Of a DNA stretch of 64,000 nt, positions 22,543-34,760 are shown one piece after another. The stretch is from positions 744,001 to 808,000 of the forward strand of contig OU015570.1 in the NCBI GenBank assembly GCA_907165135.1. The letters are read 5' to 3'. The notes below the pieces were generated by a model. It had not been told where the DNA came from and did not search any database. It saw nothing but the letters and a program-made list of their open reading frames with translations. The DNA comes from Oikopleura dioica. Lineage: Eukaryota > Animalia > Chordata. How positions within the stretch are numbered: position 1 is the first letter of the stretch; each line of letters begins with the position of its first letter. The position numbers and the translations under genes were made by a program.

Positions 22543-24165
22543 CCGTGGTTTTCCATTTTAAGGGTAATGGTATACATCGGCGCGGCGCCGCTCGCTCGAT
22601 CCGCGCTCCGCAAGAACCTATTTCTCACGAGGCCGTAAAATCTGAACGGATCAAGATTTTTCAAGATTTAAACAGATTCGGAATCCTCAAACTCTCTTCT
22701 ATAAACTGATCGAAAATTAAAACAATTTTCAAAGAGGAACAATGTGAAAAGTGCCAGTTTCCTTCAAATGACATTTTCTCCATAATTTCTGATCCAAATT
22801 TTTTGAAAATTCGACTGTCTTGTAGAGAATCGTCAGCTCTACAATTCCTGTGTTTCAGATTTTTGTTTTAAGCTTTCATTAATTTTACATCGCAATTTGT
22901 AAAGAGCGCTACTTCTTCTCGCGCCTCTCCGCTGCATATTTCTCGCGCCGCGCTCGGCTAGAAGGGTTCTCGCGCTCTTTTCAAAAGAGCGCACATAATT
23001 TTGAAAGCCCAAATGAAAAATCTGAAACACAGGAATTGTAGAGCTGACGATTCTCTACAAGACAGTCGAATTTTCAAAAAATTTGGATCAGAAATTATGG
23101 AGAAAATGTCATTTGAAGGAAACTGGCACTTTTCACATTGTTCCTCTTTGAAAATTGTTTTAATTTTCGATCAGTTTATAGAAGAGAGTTTGAGGATTCC
23201 GAATCTGTTTAAATCTCGAAAAAATCTCGATCCGTTCAGATTTTACGGCCTCGTGAGAAATAGGTTCTTGCGGAGCGCGGATCGAGCGAGCGGCGCCGCG
23301 CCGATGTATACCATTACCCTTAAGAGCGTTTTTGGATGACAGGCCTCGCTCAAATCGCTCTAAGATTGGAAATTTTTCAATCAAGGTAGGATGACAGTGG
23401 TGTGTTGTTCCCGGTGTCAACCTTGTGTTCTGCAATTACAATAAAAAAGATCCGATGTTTTCTTGACGATTTCATCGTCGATTATGATCATCTTTTTTTG
23501 TATATAACAATTTTATTACATAATGCAATAGAAAAACAGTAAAGGATAAGAGAAGGAGAAAAAAGATGTGTACAGAAAGCAGAGTAAGAGTTAAGAGCAT
23601 TCATATCAGAAGACGAAACAGGAGCAGGCTGGATCGGAGCTGCCATGTTGAAGATGGTAGGACGAACATCAAGGAGGAAGATCTAGTGAACAAAGCGAAC
23701 GAAATCTTCATGAACATGAATCCAGCAATCTTCAAGCGCTCTTGGATCAATACTGGGCTGATCAAGGAGGAAGAATTCGAAGGAGCTGTTAAAGATTTTG
23801 AGGACTTGGATGTTTTGGAAAGTTTGCTGGAGAAAGAAGACGAGGAAGAGCTGGTCGAGCATTTTCTGGCGCTTCAAATCGATAAAACACGAGCCGCGAC
23901 CCCGATGGAGATTGAAGAGGAACCTCAAGTTCAAGAGATAGAGAGTGCCGACACTGCGAATGATTCGACTTCAAAATGGCCAGAAAAACAGTCGAAGATT
24001 TCAAAATTTTTAAATAAATGATTCACTGTAAGTCTGAAAATTTTTTGATTATTAATAAAAATCTTCGAAAACACTCTTAAACTGGAATTTTGGCAGATGA
24101 CAACATTTTCAAAATATACGCAAAAACGCTCTTAAAGTGGGCGCTCTTAAAATGGAAAACCACGG
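22543..24165 (+). mobile_element. Deleted pogo/Tc5-like transposon
   Basis: TA|CCGTGGTTTTCCATTTTAAG ... CTTAAAATGGAAAACCACGG|TA. Carries a transposase C-terminus (FKRSWINTG ... KQSKISKFL) and hosts MITE 22562-23319. Confidence 0.8.
22562..23319. mobile_element. Fold-back MITE with about 300-bp TIRs, TTAA TSD, GG..CC ends (Kolobok-like)
   Basis: TTAA|GGGTAATGGTATACATCGG ... CCGATGTATACCATTACCC|TTAA. Confidence 0.85.
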
Positions 24166-26491
24166 TATTCTATCTTTCTAACTTTCAGATATGTTTTAAA
24201 TAAGGGCATAAAAAGAATATATTCTTTTGAAAATTTTCTAAATATAAAAGGGTTGAAGAGAAAATGAGGTCGGAAAATGGCGAAAAATGGGTTGAGTATG
24301 TTAGTCAACCCAAAATTAAAAATTTTAAAGAACAGGATGATCAGCAGACTTTTCTGATCAATAATTGAAGAAAAATTTTGGGAAGCATCTATAGTTTCCT
24401 AAAATTTACAAAAACTACCTTTTTTGGCAATACAGATATTTGTGGAATTTGTGGACATTTTTTGCCCCCTAGTTTTCTGAAAAATGTCCACAAATTTGAT
24501 ACAGAGCCCCGAAAAAAATGTCCCGACAATCTTGCTTAAACTATTTTTTGAGGAGGAAAAATTGATGATTTTTTCAAAAAATAATAAGAAAAAGAACACA
24601 AAAAGGAAGCTTGAGACGTAAATCTTAATAAAAATTAAAATTTTTGACGAAAAACAGCTCTTTGCATATAAAATTGGCTTCATAAACCAAAGTTTGACCA
24701 TTTATTGAGAAGTCGAAGATTTCAATTGACAAAAAATGTCCACAAATTTGATACCCTCTCTTTTTAAATGTGTCCCAAGAAATCCCCTTAAAATCTAAAA
24801 AATGTTCACAAATTTGATGTCCACAAATTCCATAAAAAACTGTATTTTTCTGTTACGTAATCATGTGCGCGCACGCGAAATCGCGCATGATAGAGAGTGG
24901 CCACACAAAATTCTATCCGATTCCGCCAAAATATTTTCACCCTTCGATTTTATCAAAATAAATAATTTATTATCTTTGAAAGATAAATTACTTTATTAAA
25001 AGAAATAAACCGTATATAATTGAAAAATTCCTAAAATCAATATAAATTGATAGATGATAAAAACTATAATAATAACTAAAAACGGGTAAATAAAAACAAA
25101 TTAAGAAAAGGGAGTGGGAGGGAATGGGGACAAGACTAAGATTGATCATCTCAGCCGCCTTCGTCAAGCCCATTTAAATTTAAAAACCAAGGAAGGGGCT
25201 GAGACGGCCCAAAGGGCCGTCAAGCCCATTGAAATTTAAAAACCAGGGAAGGGGCTGAGGCGCATCGAGTCAAGGATGAACTTGGAGACCATATCCCATT
25301 TTTTTTAAAAGAAGACTAGAGAAATTTTTTTCATTCAAAATAAAATTTTAGTTTTATTTTTATTAGAAATTTTATTTAAATCTATCTTCGAAAAGAAAGA
25401 ATTTCTTTGTTGTTTCGGTGGTGTCCACCCTAGCCGCGCCCTGAGGGCGAACGCGGCGCTGTGCGCTGCGCAACGCGCAAAATAGGTCCAAAAATGTCTT
25501 TCAATTTTAAATAACAGTATGTTAGTCATCTGTTTCCCATAATTTTACGACGGATTTCTGTTGTTCTTAGTCGAAATTATATATATTTAAAAAAAATTTC
25601 TGGGAAGCATTTGACTAACATGGTTTTTCAACATTAATTTGCCTATATCTCTTCAACCCATTAATTGTTTTTTCTCAAAAATATGTTTTGTTATTTTATA
25701 AACAGATCTTTTTCACCTTTAGAAATCTGGGAATAAAACGATTTGTCTATCAAAAGATAGTTTTTCTGGGCGTGAACCCTAACAATCATTGATAATTGCC
25801 ATAGGATTCATTCTTATCCTTATTTTATATAATTTAAATCATCCTTTTCCTTAAAAAAATATCTATCCTTAGTATCCTTACTATGAAATTAAATATTTAA
25901 ATTCCGTAAGCATGGATTCTAAAACTTACTTGTCGCCAGTTGCAAAGACGCTAAGAGATTCCTGGATTCTGCGTAGTTGCTGTAGAATAGATGAACTTGG
26001 GGCAAGAAGTAAAGCAGGATAAAGTGTGTGTGAATTATGGTTTTTATTTTAAATAAGCAAAATTTTCAAAATTTTCGGTTTTCAATTTTTATTCTGATGG
26101 ATGAGGATAGATCCGGATGAAGTTTTTATGACGATAAAAATGATCAGTGATCATCAGCGATCAATTTCATGTATAAAAACCCAAATATGAATCGGGTTTT
26201 AGAAAAAATCTTATTTTGACCTTAGGTAACCTCACGTGACCTTTTATGACCCCGAGTCACATGTTAAAATGATCAGTGGATCATAGGCTTTCCATCGATG
26301 TATCATTCATCCCTATAAGAGGATGATAAAAAAATCGATTTTCCCACTGTGCACCCCCTATGTATATGTAAGACTGAGTGTGAAGTGAACAGAAGGAGGT
26401 TGAGCTGTTTGCTTATCAGTATAGGCGCGCGGCTCCGAGACGGTAGAATTCTTTCTGGTAGTTTTTGAACACTCATTTAAATCTGTACTTA

Positions 26492-26536
26492 GGGCTGACG
26501 AAGGCCCCCTGAGGCCGAAACGCGTCCCAAAATAAA
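26492..26536 (+). ncRNA. Second-family minimal hammerhead ribozyme motif followed by AATAAA
   Basis: GG-CUGACGA-A-GGCC-CCCUGA-GGCC-GAAA-CGCG-UC-CC: GUC triplet, palindromic stem III ACGCGU, weak stem I. Confidence 0.6.
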
Positions 26537-27190
26537 TTTCAATCATAAATTCATGAGAGGTCAACTTTGGCAATCTTTCTGGAAGTGCTGACATGCAACA
26601 ATGCAAAATGTCCCAAAAAAATTGCTTAAAAATTTTTTGAGAAAGAAAAATTGACGATTTTTATCAAAAATTTACTGAAAAAGAATGAAAGAAACGCGCT
26701 GTAGCCGACTATTTTGTTAAACTATGAGATTTTCGAAGAATAACAGATCTTTGTAGATGAAATTGGCTTCAAAAATATAAGTTTGACCATAAATTTAGAT
26801 CTCGAGGATATTTGTTGAGAAAAAAATGTCCAGAAATTCGATACCCTTTCTCTTTGAATTTGTCCCGAGAAAAATCCTTAAAATCTGATACATGTCCAGA
26901 AATTTGATGTTCAGAAATTCCATAAAAACTGCAATAGAAAAGTTGTTTCATTCATTAACTTGGGGAAAAAATAAACATAAATTTATAATAGACTACCAGA
27001 AATTTGTGATTGGTTATCAAAAATTTTGGTAGTGAGTCAGATCATGCGCGGGGGCGTGTGTTTTACGATGGAAATTCAATCATTTTTCAAAAATGAGTTT
27101 TGGAAAGCAAGAAAATATATTTTTTGATTTATATGCACTGGTTCAACATCAGAAAATGAGATATTCTGCAAGAAATTTTTCAATCCATCG

Positions 27191-27391
27191 CTTTGGCAAT
27201 ATTTTTTTAAGTCTTTTTGGATCTCTGAAGTCTTTTTTTGGAGGTTTTTTCATAAATCCGATCTCTGCATCACGAAATAAGATAATTGAGGGTTCATACG
27301 CTTTTGCGACGCGGAATATCATTTGTAACATTTTTTCAGTTGGTTTTTTTCCGGTATATTTTCCAACTATATTTTCACATGACAAGTCAAT
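27191..27391 (-). CDS. IQCA1: Exon of IQCA1/DRC11-like AAA-ATPase (Walker B region), 67 codons
   Basis: IDLSCENIVGKYTGKKPTEKMLQMIFRVAKAYEPSIILFRDAEIGFMKKPPKKDFRDPKRLKKILPK carries the IQCA1-type GKYxGK, F(K/R)VA..QPS and PKRLKK.LP motifs. Acceptor AG at 27392-27393. Confidence 0.85.
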
Positions 27392-27914
27392 CTTGAATTG
27401 GTCAATATTGGTCGAAAAGTGAAAGGGTTTTAAAAATTTGGTAAGATTCGGCCAGAAAATCTGGAAAATGGAAAAATCGTGCGGCAAGCCCATAGGCTAT
27501 GGGCCATCGGGCCAGGGTTTGAAAAAATTTAAATTTTGGATAAGCATGAGCACGGCTGAGCACGGAGAGCTCAAATTTTGGCTAAGCCTGAGCACGATTG
27601 AGCATCCGCCGGCTCAAATTGCGCTGAGCCTGAGCACACTGAGCATGCTCAATGCTCAGTGCTCGGAGCATGCTCAAGCGAAAAACCTGAAACTGGCATC
27701 ATGGGCAACACAGGGCAACAGGGCCATCGAAAAAAAAACAGTTCCGAGTCTCAATAACCTGAAAATGGCAACAAATGTTACAAGGGCAACACCCTGTTGC
27801 ACGGGAGGGCTTTTTTGAAGTTCTGACAAAACCAAATAAAGCGCCGCGCGCGCTTATTTGCGGCGCTCGACCAATGAACGCGCGCGGCGCGATGTTTGGT
27901 TTTGTCAGAAGAAT

Positions 27915-28359
27915 GGGGGGTACTGAATTGCGTCGCCCTGCGCCGCCTTGCGTCGCCCGGTCCGGAACCGATCGACTCTCATTCGACCAAACCATGACCT
28001 AGGAAAGAGTTCTGAACAAGAGCGAGAGTTGGGCCCCGCCAACCCAATGAGTTCTCTACCAGAAAATGCACGCGTAAGGGCCTTTGGCCCGTCGCGTGCT
28101 CAATATATTAGTGATTTTATGGAAGATCTGAATTTGATTGAGAACAACGCTACTGGCAACCTAAATTATAGGTTTTACTTATTTTAACTGTTTGACAATA
28201 TAAATAAGTGAGAATAACTAAGTTGACATAAAAAGCTTAAATTATGGCCTTTGAAAGACCAAATATCTTCAAACCCGGTGAGGCTGGGCGGTACAGGGCG
28301 GCGCAGGGCGGCCCAGGGCGGCGCAAGGCGGCTTAGGGCGGCACAATTCAGTGTCTCCC
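27915..28359. mobile_element. MITE, 8-bp TSD
   Basis: TSD AGAAGAAT at 27907-27914 and 28360-28367, TIR GGG....ACTGAATTG, subterminal AGGGCGGCGC repeats. Confidence 0.8.
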
Positions 28360-30019
28360 AGAAGAATAGTAGCGAGGTCGTTTTTTGACTTTATTTACAC
28401 TACTAGGGTTTCGCATAATTGAGATAAAGACTTTATTTTTACCAAAATTTTGGAATTCTACTAAAAATGACTAGTAGAATCTATCTCCGATCTTAGTTTC
28501 TCCCCAAACCCCTTTCTTCAGTCATTTTAAAAATATAATGTTTAAAAGGCTTCTGCGCTTTGATTGGTCAGCTGCGCAAGCGACTTTTTCTAGACTGAAG
28601 ATTCTTCCATCTGAACAACACAGTCAGAAATTCAACCAATCAGCGCGCGGGAAATGAAAATGATAATGCTTTTCAAAACTTTAAATGAATCTGAAAAAAT
28701 GATGAAATGAAAAAACTTTAAACGACCTGAGAATGGCAACAACGGCAACAACGGCAACAAAGGCAACAACGGCAACATGTTGCCATTCTCAGGTTCTGAT
28801 GAATTTTGGGCGATGTTTTTCTTGTTCTTTTTTTGCATATTTTCTCTAGAGCGCAGCTTTAGATGTTATTTTTTACCTTTTTGATCCTCAGACTTAACGT
28901 ATGTTATGAATTTCGCAAAAGTATGGAACTCATTATGAGGCTCAATATCTGTGTAACGACAATATTTTAAAAGAAAAGTACTTTCTGTTAAATAATCAAA
29001 TTTCTTTTCCACGGTTTTTTGCTCATTGTCAATGAGTCTCATTGATTAACTTCATAAATTGACCAATTTGCGAATTGTAATTAGCCATCTTGAACTCATT
29101 ATAAATTCACTGTTTGAGCAAACAAAATCAATCTACAGGGGGGTCATTCAACAACGACCGAGACGATTCCAATCATGACGCAAAATTCTCTGCTCTGATT
29201 GGTCAATCATGCAAATCAGCCCCGTCGTTATTGAAAGACCCCCTTGTAGAAGAAGAAGAAGTCAAAGAGCGAGTATGCGTTTCGCGCCTGATTTTAGGAA
29301 ACTCAAGGAGTGGTTTAAACATCTTGGGGGTTTTAAAAACAAGTTTGCTTCTAGAATATTGCCGTTCTTGCCTAACTAAGGTTATGCGAAAATATGGATT
29401 ATTTTTATTCGGCCCTGTTGCCGTTGTTGCCTTTGTTGCCGTTGTTGCCGTGGTTGCCTAACTCAGGTTGTTCGCTTTTCAATGGGAAGGCGACTGAACG
29501 TGTGCGACAAAAATTTACCGGAAAAACCGAGATAAATCGGCGAATTTATAGAGTTATCAGAATACAAGTATCGTCATTTTCTTCGCCATAGTCGAAAACA
29601 TCAATCCCATTTAAAACTTCAAAATTTTTTATAGCTTATTTTCGTTTTTGAAATTTGGGTCCTCCGATCGTGCGGAACCCTACACACTACTGAGAGTTCA
29701 AAGAGTTATAGCTAGGCTCCACGCTTAAAAAACGCTCGATTTTTTAACGCCTGATATTCAGGGTTTTTATTGTTTAGAATAGTTAAACATGTTCCAAGGA
29801 ACAAAAAATTTTTTTGGAGCCTAGTTATAGCATATTTCTTTTTCCCGAACCAAGTATGAAGTGTGGTCTTTTCCCAAATGCGTTCCTTTAATTTAACTCC
29901 TGGTGATTCCTTCCTTCATTCTTTTAAAAATATAGCGTGTACATTGAAGATCTCGTCGTCGAACATGATCACTTGAACATCAAGGAAGAATGTCTAGTGA
30001 ACAAGGCATTGTCTGCCAC

Positions 30020-30307
30020 TTAAACTTGAGGGACTTCTTCAATCTCCATCAGAGTTGCAGGGCGTGTTTTACCAATTTGAAGCGCTAGGAATTGCTCGAC
30101 CAACTCTTCTTCCTCTTCTTTCCCCAGAACACTTTCTGTAACGTCGAGATTTTCAAACTGCTCGATTTCTTCCTCATGGAGAAGTCCCGTGTTAAGCCAT
30201 GATCGGTTGAAGATTGCTGGGTTCATGTTCATGAAGATGTCGTTCGCCTGGTTCACGAGATCTTCTTCTTTGATGTTCAAGTGATCATGTTTAGGGTCCG
30301 TACACAA
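30020..30307 (-). pseudogene. Third fragment of the same pogo-like transposase C-terminus
   Basis: HDHLNIKEEDLVNQANDIFMNMNPAIFNRSWLNTG, paralogous to the 23.6-24.0 kb and 30.9-31.3 kb copies. Confidence 0.75.
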
Positions 30308-30773
30308 AAATTAAGTACCCAAAATTCTAATCCAATCTTTTTTATTTTTTGATATGTTTTTGAGATAGTTCAAATAAGCATTTTTGCTTCTTTGACTCTC
30401 CCTTTAATGAAAGGGTTGAAAAAATATTAAGGGTCAAAGATGGTGATTTTTGTGTTCACGAGGTTGTATCCCGATTTCAAAAAAATAAATTATACTGAGA
30501 TGACCGGCGGGACAAGCTTATTTTAAATCCCTTTTAAAAAAGTTTGAAAACTTCATGCTTCTGTCCGAAATTTAAATACAATTTTCATAATTTAAGATAA
30601 AAACCATAAATAAAATAAAAACAAGCATAATATTAGTTATAAAAGCGATGGGTGAGGGTGGGGTTGGGGACAAAACTGAGATTGATCAACTCAGAGTTCC
30701 AGGCTTTTGTCAAGCCCCTTAAAATTAAAAATCAAGGAATGGGGCTGAGACGGCCCGAAGGAATTTTCATTTA

Positions 30774-32045
30774 CAGTGGTTACCCATCTTAAGAGGCCCT
30801 AACTTAAGAGGACTTTTGCGTCAATTTGGCTTATTTTGTCATCCTAAAAAGTTCCAACCTAAGAGGACTTTCTTGATGATTTTTATTAAATTTCGGAAAA
30901 TATCTTGGCAAACAGTGAGTCATTAAGCATTTTTTTTTACAGTAAAGAAACTCGAAATCTTTGACTGCTTTTCTGGCCATTTTGAAGACGATGGCTTTGC
31001 AATGTCGGCTTCATCTGAACCTGGAATTTGAGGTTCTTCCTCAATATCCATCGGGGTCGCAGCTTGTTTATCATCGATCTGAAGCGCCAGGAAATGCTCG
31101 ATCAATTCTTCTTCGTCTTCTTTCTCCAAGATACTTTCGAAAACGTCCAAGCCCTCGACGTCTTCAACATTCTCCTCGTATTCTTCTTCTTTAATCAGTC
31201 CAGTATTGATCCAACTTCGCTTGAAGATTGCTGGATTCATGTTATTGAAGATTTCGTTGGCTTTTCTCACGAGCTCTTCCTCTGTGATATTAAGATGATC
31301 GTGATCGACGATAAAATCATCGAGGTAGTAGCGGATCTTCTTCTTAAAATTACAGAAAACAAGATTGTCACAAGGCTGGTAAACGCCTTCTACTCACTCT
31401 CGTTTGGAAATACAAAGATCCTGTATCTCTTTATCATCGGGGAAGTTTTCATCGATCATTTTTCGTAACCATCTCGCGACTCCACGAAGTCTCATTTTAT
31501 ATTGGCGTTTCGGGTATAGTTGCTTGATTTTTTCTTCGAGCTTTTGCATTGATGCAGATTTTTTCTGCGTGAGCTGGTATTTGTGCTTCGTTTTCGATGA
31601 CAGGATCGTAAACCTTTTGTTGTAAAGGTTTGTAAATGTACATTTTGGAATATCTTGTCCATGCTCTTTTCGATAGAGCTCATTTACAGCCTTTTTAGCA
31701 TTTCTTTTGTTTGCACCCTTCACCAAAATCTCTGCATACTTTTTTTTCTCGGCCATCGTCATGTGAATTCTCTTTTCGGACATGTTTCCAGCAAAATATT
31801 TTTCGAGGAATGAACAAGTTAAAGTTAAAAACATAAGCGCGCGCCTTGTTCTGGAAACAATAATCATGATCAATTTTCCAATCAAATGTCCAAATTTTGA
31901 CTTCAGTAATGCTGCTTAGCTTCGACATAAGTGAATAAAGAATTTTAAAATATGTATTCCTAAATTGACTCGAAATGTTCCAACTTAAGAGGACTTTCTC
32001 TTAGCCCTTGTCATCTCAAAAGGCCTCTTAAGATGGATACCAACT
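30774..32045 (-). mobile_element. Internally deleted pogo/Tc5-like transposon
   Basis: TA|CAGTGG..CCATCTTAAGAGGCC degenerate TIRs. A CENP-B-like HTH N-terminus (MSEKRIHMTMAEKKKY...) is fused in frame to QPCDNLVF...KQSKISSFF. Confidence 0.8.
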
Positions 32046-33310
32046 TATGTTATTTTGATTTTTATATATTAGATATAAATTAGCGAATATTTCATTTTAA
32101 ATTTTTTTTAGAAATTTTTTTTCTTCTTTTTTTAATTAAGAATTTGTCTTTTATTGCTTTTTTCTCATGAAAAAACTATATTTATATTAGAATTCAATTT
32201 TATATGAAAACTGAATTTTTTTCTTTTTTCATCTCTGCGCTGCGGCCACCCTACGACTTCCTAATAAGGAAAGTGACGCATCGCGCGCGCTGCGCAGCGC
32301 AAGAAGGCCAGATTTTGACCTTCCTCCTTCAATTTGAGGATGTTGTAGACGCTTTTCAAACTTTTTTATTAAAGATTAAAATAAAAATCGCCATCTATAA
32401 TTCTTCTTGTGTAGTTTAATTTCTTGAAATTTTAATACAACAGTGTTTTTCAGTCTTTTTATGCGATTATCTCATCAACCCTTTTTTTTAATTTTCAATT
32501 AAATTTTATTTTTATAATCTACAGAGGCATATTGACAACCCCTAAAACTTTCAGAGGATTTGCTTTTGAAACAAAAAAGTAAGAATTTTTGTGGACGGAC
32601 CCTAATCATGTTCGACGACGAAATCTTCAATGTACACGCGGAGGCAACAGAATTCGACGTCATCAAGAGGTTGATGAAAGCCTTATTAATTTTGAACACA
32701 AACAAATTCAAAACTTATAACTTACACGTTCAAGTTGCAGACAATGCCGACACTGAAAAGCCATCGACTTCAAATGGCCGAAGACGCCGTCGAAGATAAC
32801 TAGCTTTTTAATTGTAACTTTCGACTTTTGAATAAAAATTGAAAAAAGTGGCCTTAAAGTGTATTTTTTAGGATGACAGATTTCGGGAATTTATCGAAAA
32901 AGTGGTCTTAAAATGATCGGCCTTAAAAGTGCTTCACACTCTGTAAATTTCTGTATGGCTCTTTCTCGCTTTTTCCAAGTAAATAAAGTGCCATTGCTAT
33001 GACAAAGGGTTCACTTCTGTTTTTTCCCATGCCTTTTCAAGTACTCTTTTTTATACTATAAAATTTAAAGGATTCAATCGGGTTGTTCGCTTTTGGTAAA
33101 TTCATTCTAGGGTTCGCAATGAAAAATTTTAAGGTCAAAAAGGCAAAAATGCAATAATTGACGTTTGAGTCACCAGGATTGAGGTCTGAAAAGCTATGAT
33201 CGAAGTTGTTGAAGCCGGGATTGAAGTTGATGAAGCCGGGAATGACTGTGGAGTAGCCAATAAATAACATTTTTATGATCAATCGTTGATTGACAATCAA
33301 TCTAAATTAA

Positions 33311-34002
33311 GGGATCACCCCCCGATTTTTCAAAGCTTTGGCACCGGTCATTATCGCCTATGATTAGATTCCTCGTGTTCTGAGGATCATTTTGATATAT
33401 GATAGTACCCCTTTACATAAATGCATCCCCGAAATTTTGGCTCCCAAAATTCGGGAAAATGCATGTAAATTGTACTTAGGGTGAAAATCGCAATTTTTTT
33501 CGATTTTTCATTGTCATCGAAATAACACAAACTAGGGGTATTTCGAAAGCTTAGAATGTGTAGATTACGAATATAATAACCGCATTAGAATTTTCGGCCA
33601 AATGTTGGCGCTAGAGAGCATTCTAACACCCAAATAACGCCAAAAATGGTTTCAAAAAGTTTTACAACTAGAATTTTTTTAGTCACTTATCCGATCATGC
33701 TGATTCTACCAAAAAATAAAGATAAGCGTCTATACTTTCAGATAAACCAAAAAGATTTTGAATCCTAAAGCCCAAAAAAATGTAGATACGATTTGAAATG
33801 ACCTAAAATGGCCATTTTTCAAAATGTTAATCACTTTTACGGCCTGTAATGCATAAGCGAATGTTTTGCTGGCAAGCTGATTCTACCAAAATTTGCTCCT
33901 TTCGAAGCGGGCTTTCTAATGCGCCCAAAACCAGCTTCCTACGTAAGCTCAAAAAAAAAAGTAGATAGAGGTCAAAGTTGGCGAGATCGGGGGGGGGATC
34001 CC
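33311..34002. mobile_element. Kolobok-like non-autonomous element (TTAA TSD), copy 1
   Basis: TTAA|GGGATC ... GATCCC|TTAA; homologous to 63102-63788. Confidence 0.85.
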
Positions 34003-34342
34003 TTAATTCACATCGCCGTTTGCCCAAGGCGACTATTTTGTTTAGAATAAGATGATAAAAGGTATATCAATTGAGCCAGCAAAAATATGCAGAAAAAACT
34101 GCACAAGAAAATGTCTTTTTACTTGAATAAATTTATCAAAGGAGAGTTCCAAATAAGCAAAGGAAGATTTTTTGCATTCCTAGAGCGCGCTGCTCCTTAG
34201 TGCCCCCACAAGGCCGACCCTCAAGTCAATTTTTCCCCTGCTTCGAGAATGTTACGTCATTCAGAGTAATAACCACACCGCAGGCCCAAGTGAAAGTGCG
34301 CCTGAATTTTTAGCGCACCGCCCCGCGAGTGAAATCGCAACG

Positions 34343-34760
34343 GTATGTGTATCATCCTGATCTTTCGAGGGATGAATGAGAGTGCACATATCAAAAATTC
34401 TACCAAAGGAATAGTTCTGGCATCACTAATCATGCGCACACAGAGGGTGTCGAGAATCGGAGAAGTGCAATATTAAATATGCTTTTTTCGAGGTGGATAT
34501 GTATGTGTATCATCCTGATCTTTCGAGGGATGAATGAGAGTGCGCATATCAAAAATTCAACAAAAGGAATAGTTCTGGCATCACTAATCATGCGGACACA
34601 GAAGATGTCGAGAATCGGAGAAGTGCAATATTAAACATGCTTTTTTCGAAGTGAATATGTATGTATATCATCTTGATCTTTCGTGATATGAAAGGGGGCG
34701 TATAAATCGTCACTTTCATAAGAGGAATAGTTCTTGCATCATTGTTTACCCCGACACAAC
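34343..34760. repeat. Tandem repeat, 158-bp unit, about 2.6 copies
   Basis: Units start at 34343, 34501 and 34659; the third is diverged. Confidence 0.9.

Noticed and set aside
28632-29591. LLPLLP / VAVVA ORFs
   Set aside because: Translation of 9-bp GGCAACAAC tandem repeats in inverted MITE-like ends (also near 37440-37530).
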